From the sequence record MH595538.1: a stretch of DNA of 64,000 nt; one strand, given 5' to 3'. The notes under the pieces were generated by a model. The model searched no databases. It saw only the letters and a program-made list of their open reading frames with translations, and was not told where the DNA came from. Both the position numbers and the translations under genes were made by a program. How positions within the stretch are numbered: the stretch's first letter is position 1; each line of letters begins with the position of its first letter. Shown piece after piece: positions 31,434 to 40,085 of this stretch.

Positions 31434-32600
31434 ATGGGCGAATCCTATATTTTTGCACTAGTAGAAACCATTAAAGACACGGTCTTTATCATTACTCGTG
31501 ATCGCATCGAGGACTTTATCAACGCCTCTGCAGACCCTGATTCATTGAAAAGAAAGATCAATGTCTTTACAGGCAATAGTCATTCCATTCTGGAAACCAA
31601 TGAAGATCCTGAAATTCTAAAACAAACACTCACTGAAGTTTTCGACAATGGGGATTTATTTCATACTGCGCTTCCTGAAGACGCAAATGGGATTCGCCAA
31701 TGGGCAAAATGTTGCCAGGAAGAGTACGTCATGCTGCACAGCATGGCTAACTATAGCTTGGTCAAGATAGGAGAGGAATATAAAAACCTTCACGTAATCC
31801 AAGAAAACCAACGTAAAAACAGCGGCATGGGTAAAGCACTATTAATCGTTGATGACCAGATCGATCCGGAAGTATGGAAAAAGAATCACGAATGGATCGC
31901 TCATCCCTTAAGGCAACATCATAACGAAGAGATTGGAATTCGTCTCTTTGTTGCTGATGATGAACTCGCTCTTAAGCGATACATGGAAACATTAGGCATT
32001 ACGCTGGATCCTGAAACCAGTGCACTAAAGGCCGTAGTATTAATCGCCGACAATGGATTTTGGCGTAAAGCACAACCTGAAGATAGTCTTCTCCAGCTGG
32101 AAAATGAAGCCTGGTATTTAGAGGAGAGTTATATTGTATCAGTCATGCATGATTTGCGTAATGAAATTAATTCTGAGACGGCTCCTGCCGGCATTGATCT
32201 ATCGCTGCCTTTAGAGGATGATGAAGAAAAACCAGAACCTATTGTTGGCGTAACTACCCATGACCGCGGTAAGTTCACTCAAAGCTTTGGTGCGATCTTT
32301 CCATCGCCAGGTCAGCATTTCTTCGATGCAACTGGTTATTGTTACCAGTTAAACACACTGGGCAAGCCTGTCAAGCTTATTGGCGTTGACGAAGAATGGT
32401 CTAAGATCAGCAATGAAGACGGCAGTGTGCATTATATCATTCCTGAGTCAGTTAAAGAAATGGAGGATTATGAGTACCTGCTTTCTACTAAGGGCACTGC
32501 CATTGCGGTTAATCGCAATAAACTCATTAATGGCATCTTCTTGCCGGTCGTTGAGCTGGATGAAGTTCAATATACCTTAAAGTGCGTAAGCCTTAATTAA
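31434..32600 (+). CDS. Hypothetical protein
   Basis: 388-aa ORF with SD. Confidence 0.8.
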   Translation: MGESYIFALVETIKDTVFIITRDRIEDFINASADPDSLKRKINVFTGNSHSILETNEDPEILKQTLTEVFDNGDLFHTALPEDANGIRQWAKCCQEEYVMLHSMANYSLVKIGEEYKNLHVIQENQRKNSGMGKALLIVDDQIDPEVWKKNHEWIAHPLRQHHNEEIGIRLFVADDELALKRYMETLGITLDPETSALKAVVLIADNGFWRKAQPEDSLLQLENEAWYLEESYIVSVMHDLRNEINSETAPAGIDLSLPLEDDEEKPEPIVGVTTHDRGKFTQSFGAIFPSPGQHFFDATGYCYQLNTLGKPVKLIGVDEEWSKISNEDGSVHYIIPESVKEMEDYEYLLSTKGTAIAVNRNKLINGIFLPVVELDEVQYTLKCVSLN

Positions 32601-32618
32601 TTTAAAAAGGACAATAAT

Positions 32619-33170
32619 ATGTCAGATTCAAACACGACAGTTGATGATATTCCTACTGAGGGATTTTATGCTATTGTCACCGACGTGCCAGGAGTGCATA
32701 GATTATCGAAAAAAGGGGATCTCGTAGGTCGATGCACGGAAGGCAACGTGGAGTACATGCTTTACTTGTTCGATAAAAAAGAGGAGGCACAATTAATCTC
32801 TGAGGAGATCCGCGCATTGGGAGGGAATCAAACTATCATGTACTATGGCAGCAGCGCTATGGAATGGCGGGATTTTACCGACGACAAATTCCTTTACATC
32901 GAGAGTCGCGGCCCTGCTCCCTCTGCAGAGAGATGTCTGAAGGCAATCAACACGATGAGAGTTCTTAAAGGAGAAACTGAGCTATCTTGTAACTTCAATG
33001 AGCTCGAAATTAAATCCACAGCGGGCTTTCAGCAGTTAAAAGCAGCTGCTGGCGTCGCAGAAGTTAGAAGTGAAAACATCAAAGATCAGATTGAAAAGAT
33101 GGAGGCTATCGCTATCAATCTAAATAATCAGATCCAAGAACTAAAACGTAGTCTAGGCTACATTGACTAA
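32619..33170 (+). CDS. Hypothetical protein with C-terminal coiled coil
   Basis: 183-aa ORF with SD. Confidence 0.8.
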   Translation: MSDSNTTVDDIPTEGFYAIVTDVPGVHRLSKKGDLVGRCTEGNVEYMLYLFDKKEEAQLISEEIRALGGNQTIMYYGSSAMEWRDFTDDKFLYIESRGPAPSAERCLKAINTMRVLKGETELSCNFNELEIKSTAGFQQLKAAAGVAEVRSENIKDQIEKMEAIAINLNNQIQELKRSLGYID

Positions 33171-33180
33171 TATCTAAAAA

Positions 33181-33204
33181 TGTCCAGGGGTAATTCCCTG
33201 GACA
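33181..33204 (+). terminator. Hairpin
   Basis: TGTCCAGGG-GTAATT-CCCTGGACA. Confidence 0.65.
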
Positions 33205-33241
33205 GTCTATTTTAACTAACAGCAATATAAGGAGCATTACT

Positions 33242-33874
33242 ATGCCATCACATGACGGAAGAGCGATTCGCCCATCTCACTTCACTAAACAGTTCCAAGG
33301 AACAGGCAGCATAACTAAAGTTGAATTAGAGTTAAATGGCTATACCTGGCATGACCAACTGTTTTGTCCTGCTTCCGAAAATACTGAGCAAACCAAGCTG
33401 TCATTAGAGGACATCGTCAAAGCAGTCATTACTGCTGAAAATCTAGGGGGCGATCTATTAAGTGACGCCATAGGTTATGCTACTGGCGGTATCGAAACAG
33501 AAGCAATTGCTTGCCATGTCCCTAACCAGATGCAGGGAGAGATGTATACGTTTGTGGTCAAGAACTACAATGACGTTAGGCAAATTAATGTCAAGTGCGA
33601 TACAGGTAATGTCACTATCTACCTAACTCCTGTAATGGACATTATCGCAGCAGGCAGTTTAGTGCGCATTGACGGCACTACTTACTTAGCGACACGTACT
33701 CTGGATTGGTCATCTTGGCTAGTGACATTGGCCGCTGAAACTAACACACCGGTGAATGACCTCCGTCTTACAGACGTGCTGCAATACCATATCGACTCTG
33801 ACCGTCTTATCAAAGTAGATGAGAAGGTTAAAAACCTTAAAGCAGGCGACGCGGCTGCTTCTCTACGTTCTTAA
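33242..33874 (+). CDS. Hypothetical protein
   Basis: 210-aa ORF, SD AAGGAG. Confidence 0.8.
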   Translation: MPSHDGRAIRPSHFTKQFQGTGSITKVELELNGYTWHDQLFCPASENTEQTKLSLEDIVKAVITAENLGGDLLSDAIGYATGGIETEAIACHVPNQMQGEMYTFVVKNYNDVRQINVKCDTGNVTIYLTPVMDIIAAGSLVRIDGTTYLATRTLDWSSWLVTLAAETNTPVNDLRLTDVLQYHIDSDRLIKVDEKVKNLKAGDAAASLRS

Positions 33875-33879
33875 TATCA

Positions 33880-33904
33880 TACTCTCTCCTATATGGAGAG
33901 AGTA
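33880..33904 (+). terminator. Hairpin
   Basis: TACTCTCTCC-TATAT-GGAGAGAGTA followed by TTTT. Confidence 0.7.
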
Positions 33905-33934
33905 CTTTTAATGTTTTAAAACAGGTAACTGATC

Positions 33935-34759
33935 ATGGCTGAAACAAAATTCTTTTTACTGGCAGACAAGGCAGTAAGCTTCATCGAACTCGACGGTAAC
34001 AAATACGTGGATGTGCATTCAGGCACTGTGCGTACCTTTCACAGTAGCTACAAAACACTAATGAAAAACGAGCCTCTTAAACAAGAGAGCTGTGTATTGA
34101 TTAATAATCGAGATATTGAGATTCGTGCATCAGTGCAGTATGCCGATAAGATTGATGCATGGCTGGAATATCCTCAAGAATTCATCAACCTTATTAATAG
34201 CGCGTATATGTGGACGCCTGCGATGCCATTGTCTCTTTTCCAGGTAGTCTATGATCGTCAAACCGTAAGGTCATTTGATCGAGATGGTGTTTCTACCGAA
34301 AAGAAAATCAAAACGAATTACATCAAAGAAGTCCTTACTGATCAAGTTGTCGATGTCGACAGTTTTCCTCTAGATGAAGTATTCTATTTCAGCTACAGAA
34401 ACTTGGATATTAATCGCATTCGTGAAGCTTTATATACAAAACAGATCGCAGATATTTCTGAGATTCTATGTAAAGAGGACATCCGTAACTTCCGAACTAT
34501 GTGGTCTTTTGCCGATATGGAAGAAGATGAGGAGTTCGGTTTTGATTCCGGCACTGATCTTGGCAATCTCGTTAAGCCTTCTTTTATCAGCTTAGCAATA
34601 GAAGCGCTGCCTGAAATCCCTAACCCAGCGGGTGAGTCCATGCAAGTCTTCTACAGTGGACTGTTTGGCGCAATGGCTCGCGATGGAAGAACTCACCATA
34701 GCGACCTTATGGGATTAGAGACTCGTAACTTTATTCGCGAGTTTGCTAAGAAACTATAA
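33935..34759 (+). CDS. Hypothetical protein
   Basis: 274-aa ORF. Confidence 0.8.
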   Translation: MAETKFFLLADKAVSFIELDGNKYVDVHSGTVRTFHSSYKTLMKNEPLKQESCVLINNRDIEIRASVQYADKIDAWLEYPQEFINLINSAYMWTPAMPLSLFQVVYDRQTVRSFDRDGVSTEKKIKTNYIKEVLTDQVVDVDSFPLDEVFYFSYRNLDINRIREALYTKQIADISEILCKEDIRNFRTMWSFADMEEDEEFGFDSGTDLGNLVKPSFISLAIEALPEIPNPAGESMQVFYSGLFGAMARDGRTHHSDLMGLETRNFIREFAKKL

Positions 34760-34763
34760 TTAC

Positions 34764-34790
34764 AGGAGGGTTTTGCCCTCCTTTCTTTTT
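34764..34790 (+). terminator. Intrinsic terminator
   Basis: AGGAGGG-TTTTG-CCCTCCT-TTCTTTTT. Confidence 0.75.
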
Positions 34791-34831
34791 TACATCTTTG
34801 TTGAATATCGTGTATCAGACATAATAGAAGT

Positions 34832-34848
34832 CTATATAACCATGATGA
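34832..34848 (+). promoter_or_regulatory. Putative phage promoter motif, copy 6
   Basis: CTATATAACC-ATGA-TGA. Confidence 0.7.
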
Positions 34849-34874
34849 GTTTAATCAATAAAAGGAAAATAACA

Positions 34875-35303
34875 ATGTCCATGAATGCCATTCATAAAGC
34901 TAAGCTAAATGAAACTATGCCTGGGGATTACCTGCTGGAGCAGAAGGCCCGTGTGTTAAAACACAAAGACGATACGGTTTATCTACGACAAGGGCGCAAC
35001 ATTCTAGAAATGAACCTAGTCGAAGATGGTGAAAAAGAAGTCACGTTCCTGCCAGGTACTTATCTTGCAGATAAAGTAGTGGTTGGCTGTCTCTACCGCT
35101 ACGAATATTGCCGCGGCATAAGTCATGAAGGCATCGGTCTATTGCGCGGAATGGACGATCATGAATACTGGCTAAAAACCATCAAGGGCGATAATCACTT
35201 TAGCGATTCTCGTGGCGGTCATTACCAGAACTTTGTGATCTTTAATAACGTTACTTTGAGTATTTTGGCACCTGCTGAAGATCTAGCACTTGGCAATATC
35301 TAA
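34875..35303 (+). CDS. Hypothetical protein
   Basis: Start moved to MSMNA after SD AAGGA. Confidence 0.75.
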   Translation: MSMNAIHKAKLNETMPGDYLLEQKARVLKHKDDTVYLRQGRNILEMNLVEDGEKEVTFLPGTYLADKVVVGCLYRYEYCRGISHEGIGLLRGMDDHEYWLKTIKGDNHFSDSRGGHYQNFVIFNNVTLSILAPAEDLALGNI

Positions 35304-35314
35304 GAGGATGGCCT

Positions 35315-35692
35315 ATGAAAAAATATACGAAAAAGCCCGCGCTGAAAAAGATTACCAAAGCCAAGTATCTGAGAGCTGTTGAATACGTTGGGAATGACAA
35401 GAAAGTTGATCTTGACATCAGCGGTATCTGGCCATCGGATGTTGAATTGGATCCGAACTGCCCTAGGCCTAAATGTGACCTGCCCTATATACAGTCTGGT
35501 CATGTTAACCAGAACTATATCTATTTCGAAAGAATAGATCCAGTGCGTTCTCGTGCGGCTCCTTCTTCATGCGTTTATAACGTAACTCATTGGAGAATAC
35601 ATATTCGGAAATATCAGATCGGAATGCTCTACCAAGCCATTGACTTACTGGAGGAAATATGTCTAGAAACCGACAACGATTTGAATCCATAA
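35315..35692 (+). CDS. Hypothetical protein
   Basis: 125-aa ORF, SD GAGG. Confidence 0.7.
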   Translation: MKKYTKKPALKKITKAKYLRAVEYVGNDKKVDLDISGIWPSDVELDPNCPRPKCDLPYIQSGHVNQNYIYFERIDPVRSRAAPSSCVYNVTHWRIHIRKYQIGMLYQAIDLLEEICLETDNDLNP

Positions 35693-36057
35693 GAGCAAAC
35701 GTTCGTGACATTTGCAATCAATGCTGGGAACGACATGGCTCATTACCTAACTACTGGAATGGGTTCGATAAGAATCGCGCTCCAAACTTTCACTATGAGC
35801 ATAAACGTTGCTATCAGGAAATTTACATTGACAAGCTTAACAAGTCGCGTAAGTTCCGTCAGGCCGTAGCACTGGCTTACGATCTCTGCTTGAAAGATCG
35901 TGAAGAGTCTCATGCCGGAATCGATAAATTTAAGAAAGATACCGGATTCAGTTTTCGTCAGATTCAGGAGATCAATAGCATGATTCAAAACCTGTTAGAA
36001 TCTGACCGTCAGCAACTAAGAGCCCTAGGAGGCAAAAGTGTTTCATCCATTAATTAA
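35659..36057 (+). CDS. Hypothetical protein
   Basis: 132-aa ORF, SD GGAGG. Confidence 0.7.
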   Translation: MSRNRQRFESIRANVRDICNQCWERHGSLPNYWNGFDKNRAPNFHYEHKRCYQEIYIDKLNKSRKFRQAVALAYDLCLKDREESHAGIDKFKKDTGFSFRQIQEINSMIQNLLESDRQQLRALGGKSVSSIN

Positions 36058-36973
36058 TATCGACCCAAGTACTTTAAATTCTGTTGCACTAGTGCGCCCT
36101 AATTGGCCGTTCAGTATACCTAATCCTCGTACTGAAAGCAAGGGAGAAATCACAGCAGGGATGCGTAACTCATTATATATCTGCGACAACGAGTCTGCTA
36201 ATACATTGATGTCGTTTATGTCAATATCTATAAATGCTCTTTATGGATTAAATGCTACTCCTAGAGTAGAGCGTCCATTGATTGCACGCATTCACACGAA
36301 TGATTTCAATACATGGCAGGAAGCGTTTGATTCTGGCGTGGCTGAATTAGCAAAGCTAAACAAGTCGTCACTAGGTGTAAGCCAGGGATTCCCTGTTATG
36401 CCCGTAGACTCTAATCATGCTGCGCAAGTACAGATCATTATCGACTTCATTGGTGACTTCGATCAAAAGTCAGCGTTAGCTTCCTTCATGCCGGAACTGC
36501 GAACCTTGACCCAAGATCGCATCGGCTTAACGATGTTCATTAATCGCAAGGACGTAACAGAAGATCTGAAAGATCTGTTTGACATCGTATGGGATACTAG
36601 CATGATTTACGGAACCGCGGCAGATCCTGCGATTTGCGGTAATGTCGTTCGTTCCATCTATGGCGAAACGGGGATTCGCCGTAACCTGTTCCTTGAGAAC
36701 TATCTAGATGCCATCGATCCTACGAAGACACCCAGTTATACCGTGAAGCCATCTGAGGTAGTTCGCGAGCTAATCGAGCGCTATGACTATTACATCCTCA
36801 ATGCCTTTTCGTCTAACCCTTACTTGGACGTCATCGAAAACCTTAACGTAGAAATGGAGCGCTTACGTGATCTGCGTAAGGCCAGCAATAAAAAGCGCAT
36901 GTACGGCCGAGCGATGAAAATTCTTGCTGATTATCACGGAACTATCAATTACAAGAACTGGGTGATGCAATGA
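36038..36973 (+). CDS. Hypothetical protein
   Basis: GTG start, SD GGAGG; 311 aa. Confidence 0.75.
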   Translation: MFHPLINIDPSTLNSVALVRPNWPFSIPNPRTESKGEITAGMRNSLYICDNESANTLMSFMSISINALYGLNATPRVERPLIARIHTNDFNTWQEAFDSGVAELAKLNKSSLGVSQGFPVMPVDSNHAAQVQIIIDFIGDFDQKSALASFMPELRTLTQDRIGLTMFINRKDVTEDLKDLFDIVWDTSMIYGTAADPAICGNVVRSIYGETGIRRNLFLENYLDAIDPTKTPSYTVKPSEVVRELIERYDYYILNAFSSNPYLDVIENLNVEMERLRDLRKASNKKRMYGRAMKILADYHGTINYKNWVMQ

Positions 36974-37413
36974 AATTCTACTTAAGGTCAAATCGAAAAA
37001 GAATGGAGGGCTTTTTAAAACATGTCCGTCGTTCTAAGACTGGTGCCAGTCTAAGATTAATTGCACTGGCTATTCGTAAATGGGATCGAGCAAAGCGCTT
37101 CCCTAAGGTCTGGGCCAAAGGCAGTCCAGAGGACTTTGCTTGGTCTTTTTGTAAACTAACAGGCGATCTCAAGCTTTGGCATCGCACTGCTGATAATTGT
37201 CTGGTTCTGTATGAATCTTTCTTTGCAGGACTGGACTATCCTTATGTTCAAGTAATGACTATTGAACATGGTACCGTTAAAGAGGTAAATCCAAATGAGT
37301 TTGAAAAATTTAATTGCTGGTATGATTACTGGCACAAAGATAAAACCATCTCTGAGCGAAAGCAAGAAGAGTCCCGTCTCCTCGGATTTCTTAATCGCTT
37401 CGGAGATCAATGA
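36970..37413 (+). CDS. Hypothetical protein
   Basis: ATGA-coupled ORF. Confidence 0.7.
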   Translation: MKFYLRSNRKRMEGFLKHVRRSKTGASLRLIALAIRKWDRAKRFPKVWAKGSPEDFAWSFCKLTGDLKLWHRTADNCLVLYESFFAGLDYPYVQVMTIEHGTVKEVNPNEFEKFNCWYDYWHKDKTISERKQEESRLLGFLNRFGDQ

Positions 37414-37702
37414 AGTCGATAAAGGCGAAAGACAGCTGCATGTTTGGGTCGATGATATACATGAAGGACTGATCAAGCACGTCTTCTCGACTGATGAAGA
37501 GTTTGTTCCTCAACTGCATCGTCATTTCAAGAAGGACGAAATGAACTATGTCTTTTGTTATGTAGATACGGATACTTCTCCATCTATCTATGCGTACAAC
37601 AAATTCACAGGTGGGTTGTACTACATCGGAATGATCTCAGAAGGAGACCTTGCTGAAACTAATCTGCCCTATGCAAGAGATGTCAAAGGAATCATACATT
37701 GA
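37295..37702 (+). CDS. Hypothetical protein
   Basis: ORF overlapping the previous one by about 120 nt; start uncertain. Confidence 0.55.
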   Translation: MSLKNLIAGMITGTKIKPSLSESKKSPVSSDFLIASEINEVDKGERQLHVWVDDIHEGLIKHVFSTDEEFVPQLHRHFKKDEMNYVFCYVDTDTSPSIYAYNKFTGGLYYIGMISEGDLAETNLPYARDVKGIIH

Positions 37703-38013
37703 CCGCTTTCTATGTAAAACACACCTTTCGTAAACCAAAAGCAAAACCTAATGTCTTGAAGGAACAGGGATGGGTCTCTCGTTACCGCGGGCCCTTTAAC
37801 ACCAAAGAAGAAGCTGAGATCTATATGCAGCCCTTTGTGGATCGTTATGGAAAGGGCAGCTGCTTTAAAGTATTAGAATTAAGTGAGTGCCAAAGAGCGG
37901 CTTGTCCTAGTGCTTATGACCCTGCTTATCAATTCCGTGATGCTAAATTACGAGAGCGTTTAAAAGTTGGCCTTATTAAAGGCCTATCAACCCGATCGTT
38001 TCATACCAGTTAA
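37699..38013 (+). CDS. Hypothetical protein
   Basis: TTG start coupled to the upstream stop. Confidence 0.6.
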   Translation: MTAFYVKHTFRKPKAKPNVLKEQGWVSRYRGPFNTKEEAEIYMQPFVDRYGKGSCFKVLELSECQRAACPSAYDPAYQFRDAKLRERLKVGLIKGLSTRSFHTS

Positions 38014-38065
38014 AGATCATTCTACTATTGCCGAAAAAGGCTGAAATCCAAAAAGGAAATAAACT

Positions 38066-38998
38066 ATGTCTATCTATCAAAACCGCACCGCCACTATGAC
38101 TTGGGAAGAATTGAAAACGAAAGGACGTCTTCCTGAAGAAGTACGCGAAGAGATCTTTGCTATCAATAACCCTGAGCTAGCGGGCCTAGATCCCTATATG
38201 GTGGAAGATCCTGCAATGCAAGAAAAGGTGATCATTGAAGCGATCACCAATCCATGGTATACTTTGAGTCATCTTGTTCGTGTCCCCATCATTAGCGGCT
38301 CGTCTATTCGTCTCCGTTGGAGTGAAGAAATCGTTACCTTTTTCTTAGCAGGCATGGACGCCGATTTGGTTTACCTAGAAGGTCCAAGACAGGCAGGAGG
38401 CACTACTCTCATGCTTGCTCGCATCGTCACGGAGTTGATTCAAGGACTGCATACTAATGTTGATATAAAGGGCATAAGCAGAGAACATGATATCGTGGGG
38501 ATCAGGAAACTAAGTGAGTTCATTGACGCCTTACCGGACTATGTTATTGATTACTTGGATCTGGACGTGATCACTACCGAAGGTAATATGTACAAGTATC
38601 CTCGTAGCCCAGAAGCCAAGTATGAGTTATTCAAGTCAGCAGCGGCTATCTGCGGGACTGCTTCTCGTTATTATTTTCGTTTAAGAGGAATGAACGACCG
38701 TGTAGAAATCCCTGAAGACATGGATCGCTGGTATGATCAGATGTATTATCACTCAGGTGAGACAAATCATGTTCATGAAAGTAAAGGCGAACCTAAGCTA
38801 ATTATCGTGGAAAGATTCTGTAGTTATACCCATAGTGAAATAACACGAGATCGAGAGCGTATTGCCAAATGGTCTTTACTGCCTGAGCTGATTACTCCTA
38901 CTGCTGCAACGCTTCGTAGCATGGAAGGAAAAGCAATCTACATCCAGCTTAGTATGCTGAATGACTTGCGTACTGAAATGCGTTTTCTACGCGACTAA
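38066..38998 (+). CDS. Truncated, degenerate terminase-large-subunit-like protein
   Basis: PELAGLDPY...EAITNPWY....VRVP...GPRQAGGT resembles a jumbo-phage TerL N-terminus; Walker A Lys replaced by Gly; only 310 aa, no nuclease domain. Confidence 0.55.
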   Translation: MSIYQNRTATMTWEELKTKGRLPEEVREEIFAINNPELAGLDPYMVEDPAMQEKVIIEAITNPWYTLSHLVRVPIISGSSIRLRWSEEIVTFFLAGMDADLVYLEGPRQAGGTTLMLARIVTELIQGLHTNVDIKGISREHDIVGIRKLSEFIDALPDYVIDYLDLDVITTEGNMYKYPRSPEAKYELFKSAAAICGTASRYYFRLRGMNDRVEIPEDMDRWYDQMYYHSGETNHVHESKGEPKLIIVERFCSYTHSEITRDRERIAKWSLLPELITPTAATLRSMEGKAIYIQLSMLNDLRTEMRFLRD

Positions 38999-39005
38999 TA
39001 GTATC

Positions 39006-39033
39006 TGTAACTGTGGCTTTTGTCACAGTTACA
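39006..39033 (+). terminator. Hairpin
   Basis: TGTAACTGTGGC-TTTT-GTCACAGTTACA. Confidence 0.6.
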
Positions 39034-39052
39034 ATAACTTACAGGAATAATT

Positions 39053-39985
39053 ATGTCTCAGCAGCAATCTTTCGATAAAAGAAAAAATTATCATCTCTAC
39101 GCACCTTATTTCAAAATTATTAATTTCCGACAGTTTAAAAATGCGGCTGATCACGCTAAAACAAACAGAGGCATATACCATGCCAAGCGAGTGGAAGGTC
39201 TTTTACCTCCTTATGCGGCCTGTATGCTAGACGTACATCCCGTTGTGTCTTTATATCGGGGCATCAAGGTAGGTCCCTATATTTACGCCCAGCTATGGGA
39301 CAAAGATCTAAACTTGTTTTACGCCAGAATAAAATGCGGAGTTAACGATGAGCCTTCTATATCTGAACGCAGTCGCAGGAATAGCCGCGACTGGGAACAG
39401 GTTCATTACGAGCGTCTATTCCACTATATGCGAACGGGCCGAATACTAGGCTATGGCGAAACTCTTACTCATACAGTCGGATTCCACAGCAATCGATACT
39501 ATAACGAGGAAACATGGAAAACCATCTCTAAAGAAGAACGTAATTTCTTCCGTCGCAATGTCTATGCAAATGAAACCGCTTTTCCTGTTAAACTCACCAA
39601 TAGTTATTTTGAGCGCACGGAAGAATTGGTCTGGAGTAAATATCGTCGATATCGAGGTAAAGTTTGGTTAACCCGAGGAATGATGCATCTCATCATTAAT
39701 TGCTTCATGCTTCACATGCGGAGACTGAGGAAAACTTGTCCTCAGAAAAAAGCATTTGGCAGAATGATTGGCACTGCTATATCATGGGCGGCTTCCGGCT
39801 ATAGCATGACTTACACTAATATGGAATTGGATGGTTCAGGTCGACTAAGTCATCTTCCTTACCTTTCAAAAGAAGATAGGATTCACATATATTCATGCGT
39901 TGAAGATATTCCTGAAGGAACGTTCTTTCATGATAAAAAATACGACGAAGTACTCGGTCTATTAGAAAAGCAGTTAAGTAAATAA
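39053..39985 (+). CDS. Hypothetical basic protein
   Basis: 310-aa ORF, SD AGGA. Confidence 0.8.
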   Translation: MSQQQSFDKRKNYHLYAPYFKIINFRQFKNAADHAKTNRGIYHAKRVEGLLPPYAACMLDVHPVVSLYRGIKVGPYIYAQLWDKDLNLFYARIKCGVNDEPSISERSRRNSRDWEQVHYERLFHYMRTGRILGYGETLTHTVGFHSNRYYNEETWKTISKEERNFFRRNVYANETAFPVKLTNSYFERTEELVWSKYRRYRGKVWLTRGMMHLIINCFMLHMRRLRKTCPQKKAFGRMIGTAISWAASGYSMTYTNMELDGSGRLSHLPYLSKEDRIHIYSCVEDIPEGTFFHDKKYDEVLGLLEKQLSK

Positions 39986-39989
39986 CCAT

Positions 39990-40015
39990 TGCCTGTGTCC
40001 ATATGGACACAGGCA
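39990..40015 (+). terminator. Hairpin
   Basis: TGCCTGTGTCC-ATAT-GGACACAGGCA. Confidence 0.7.
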
Positions 40016-40085
40016 TAGGAGTCCTTTTTTATTTTTTAGGAAATCCTTTAGGCCTGGCCTATATCCCTAGAGAAAGGAATTAACT

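Noticed and set aside
38066-38998. The functional packaging terminase
   Set aside because: Too short, lacks the Walker A lysine and has no RNase H-like nuclease domain.
40059-40068. CTATATCCCT as a ninth promoter-motif copy
   Set aside because: Lacks the conserved A at position 8 and the downstream TGA.
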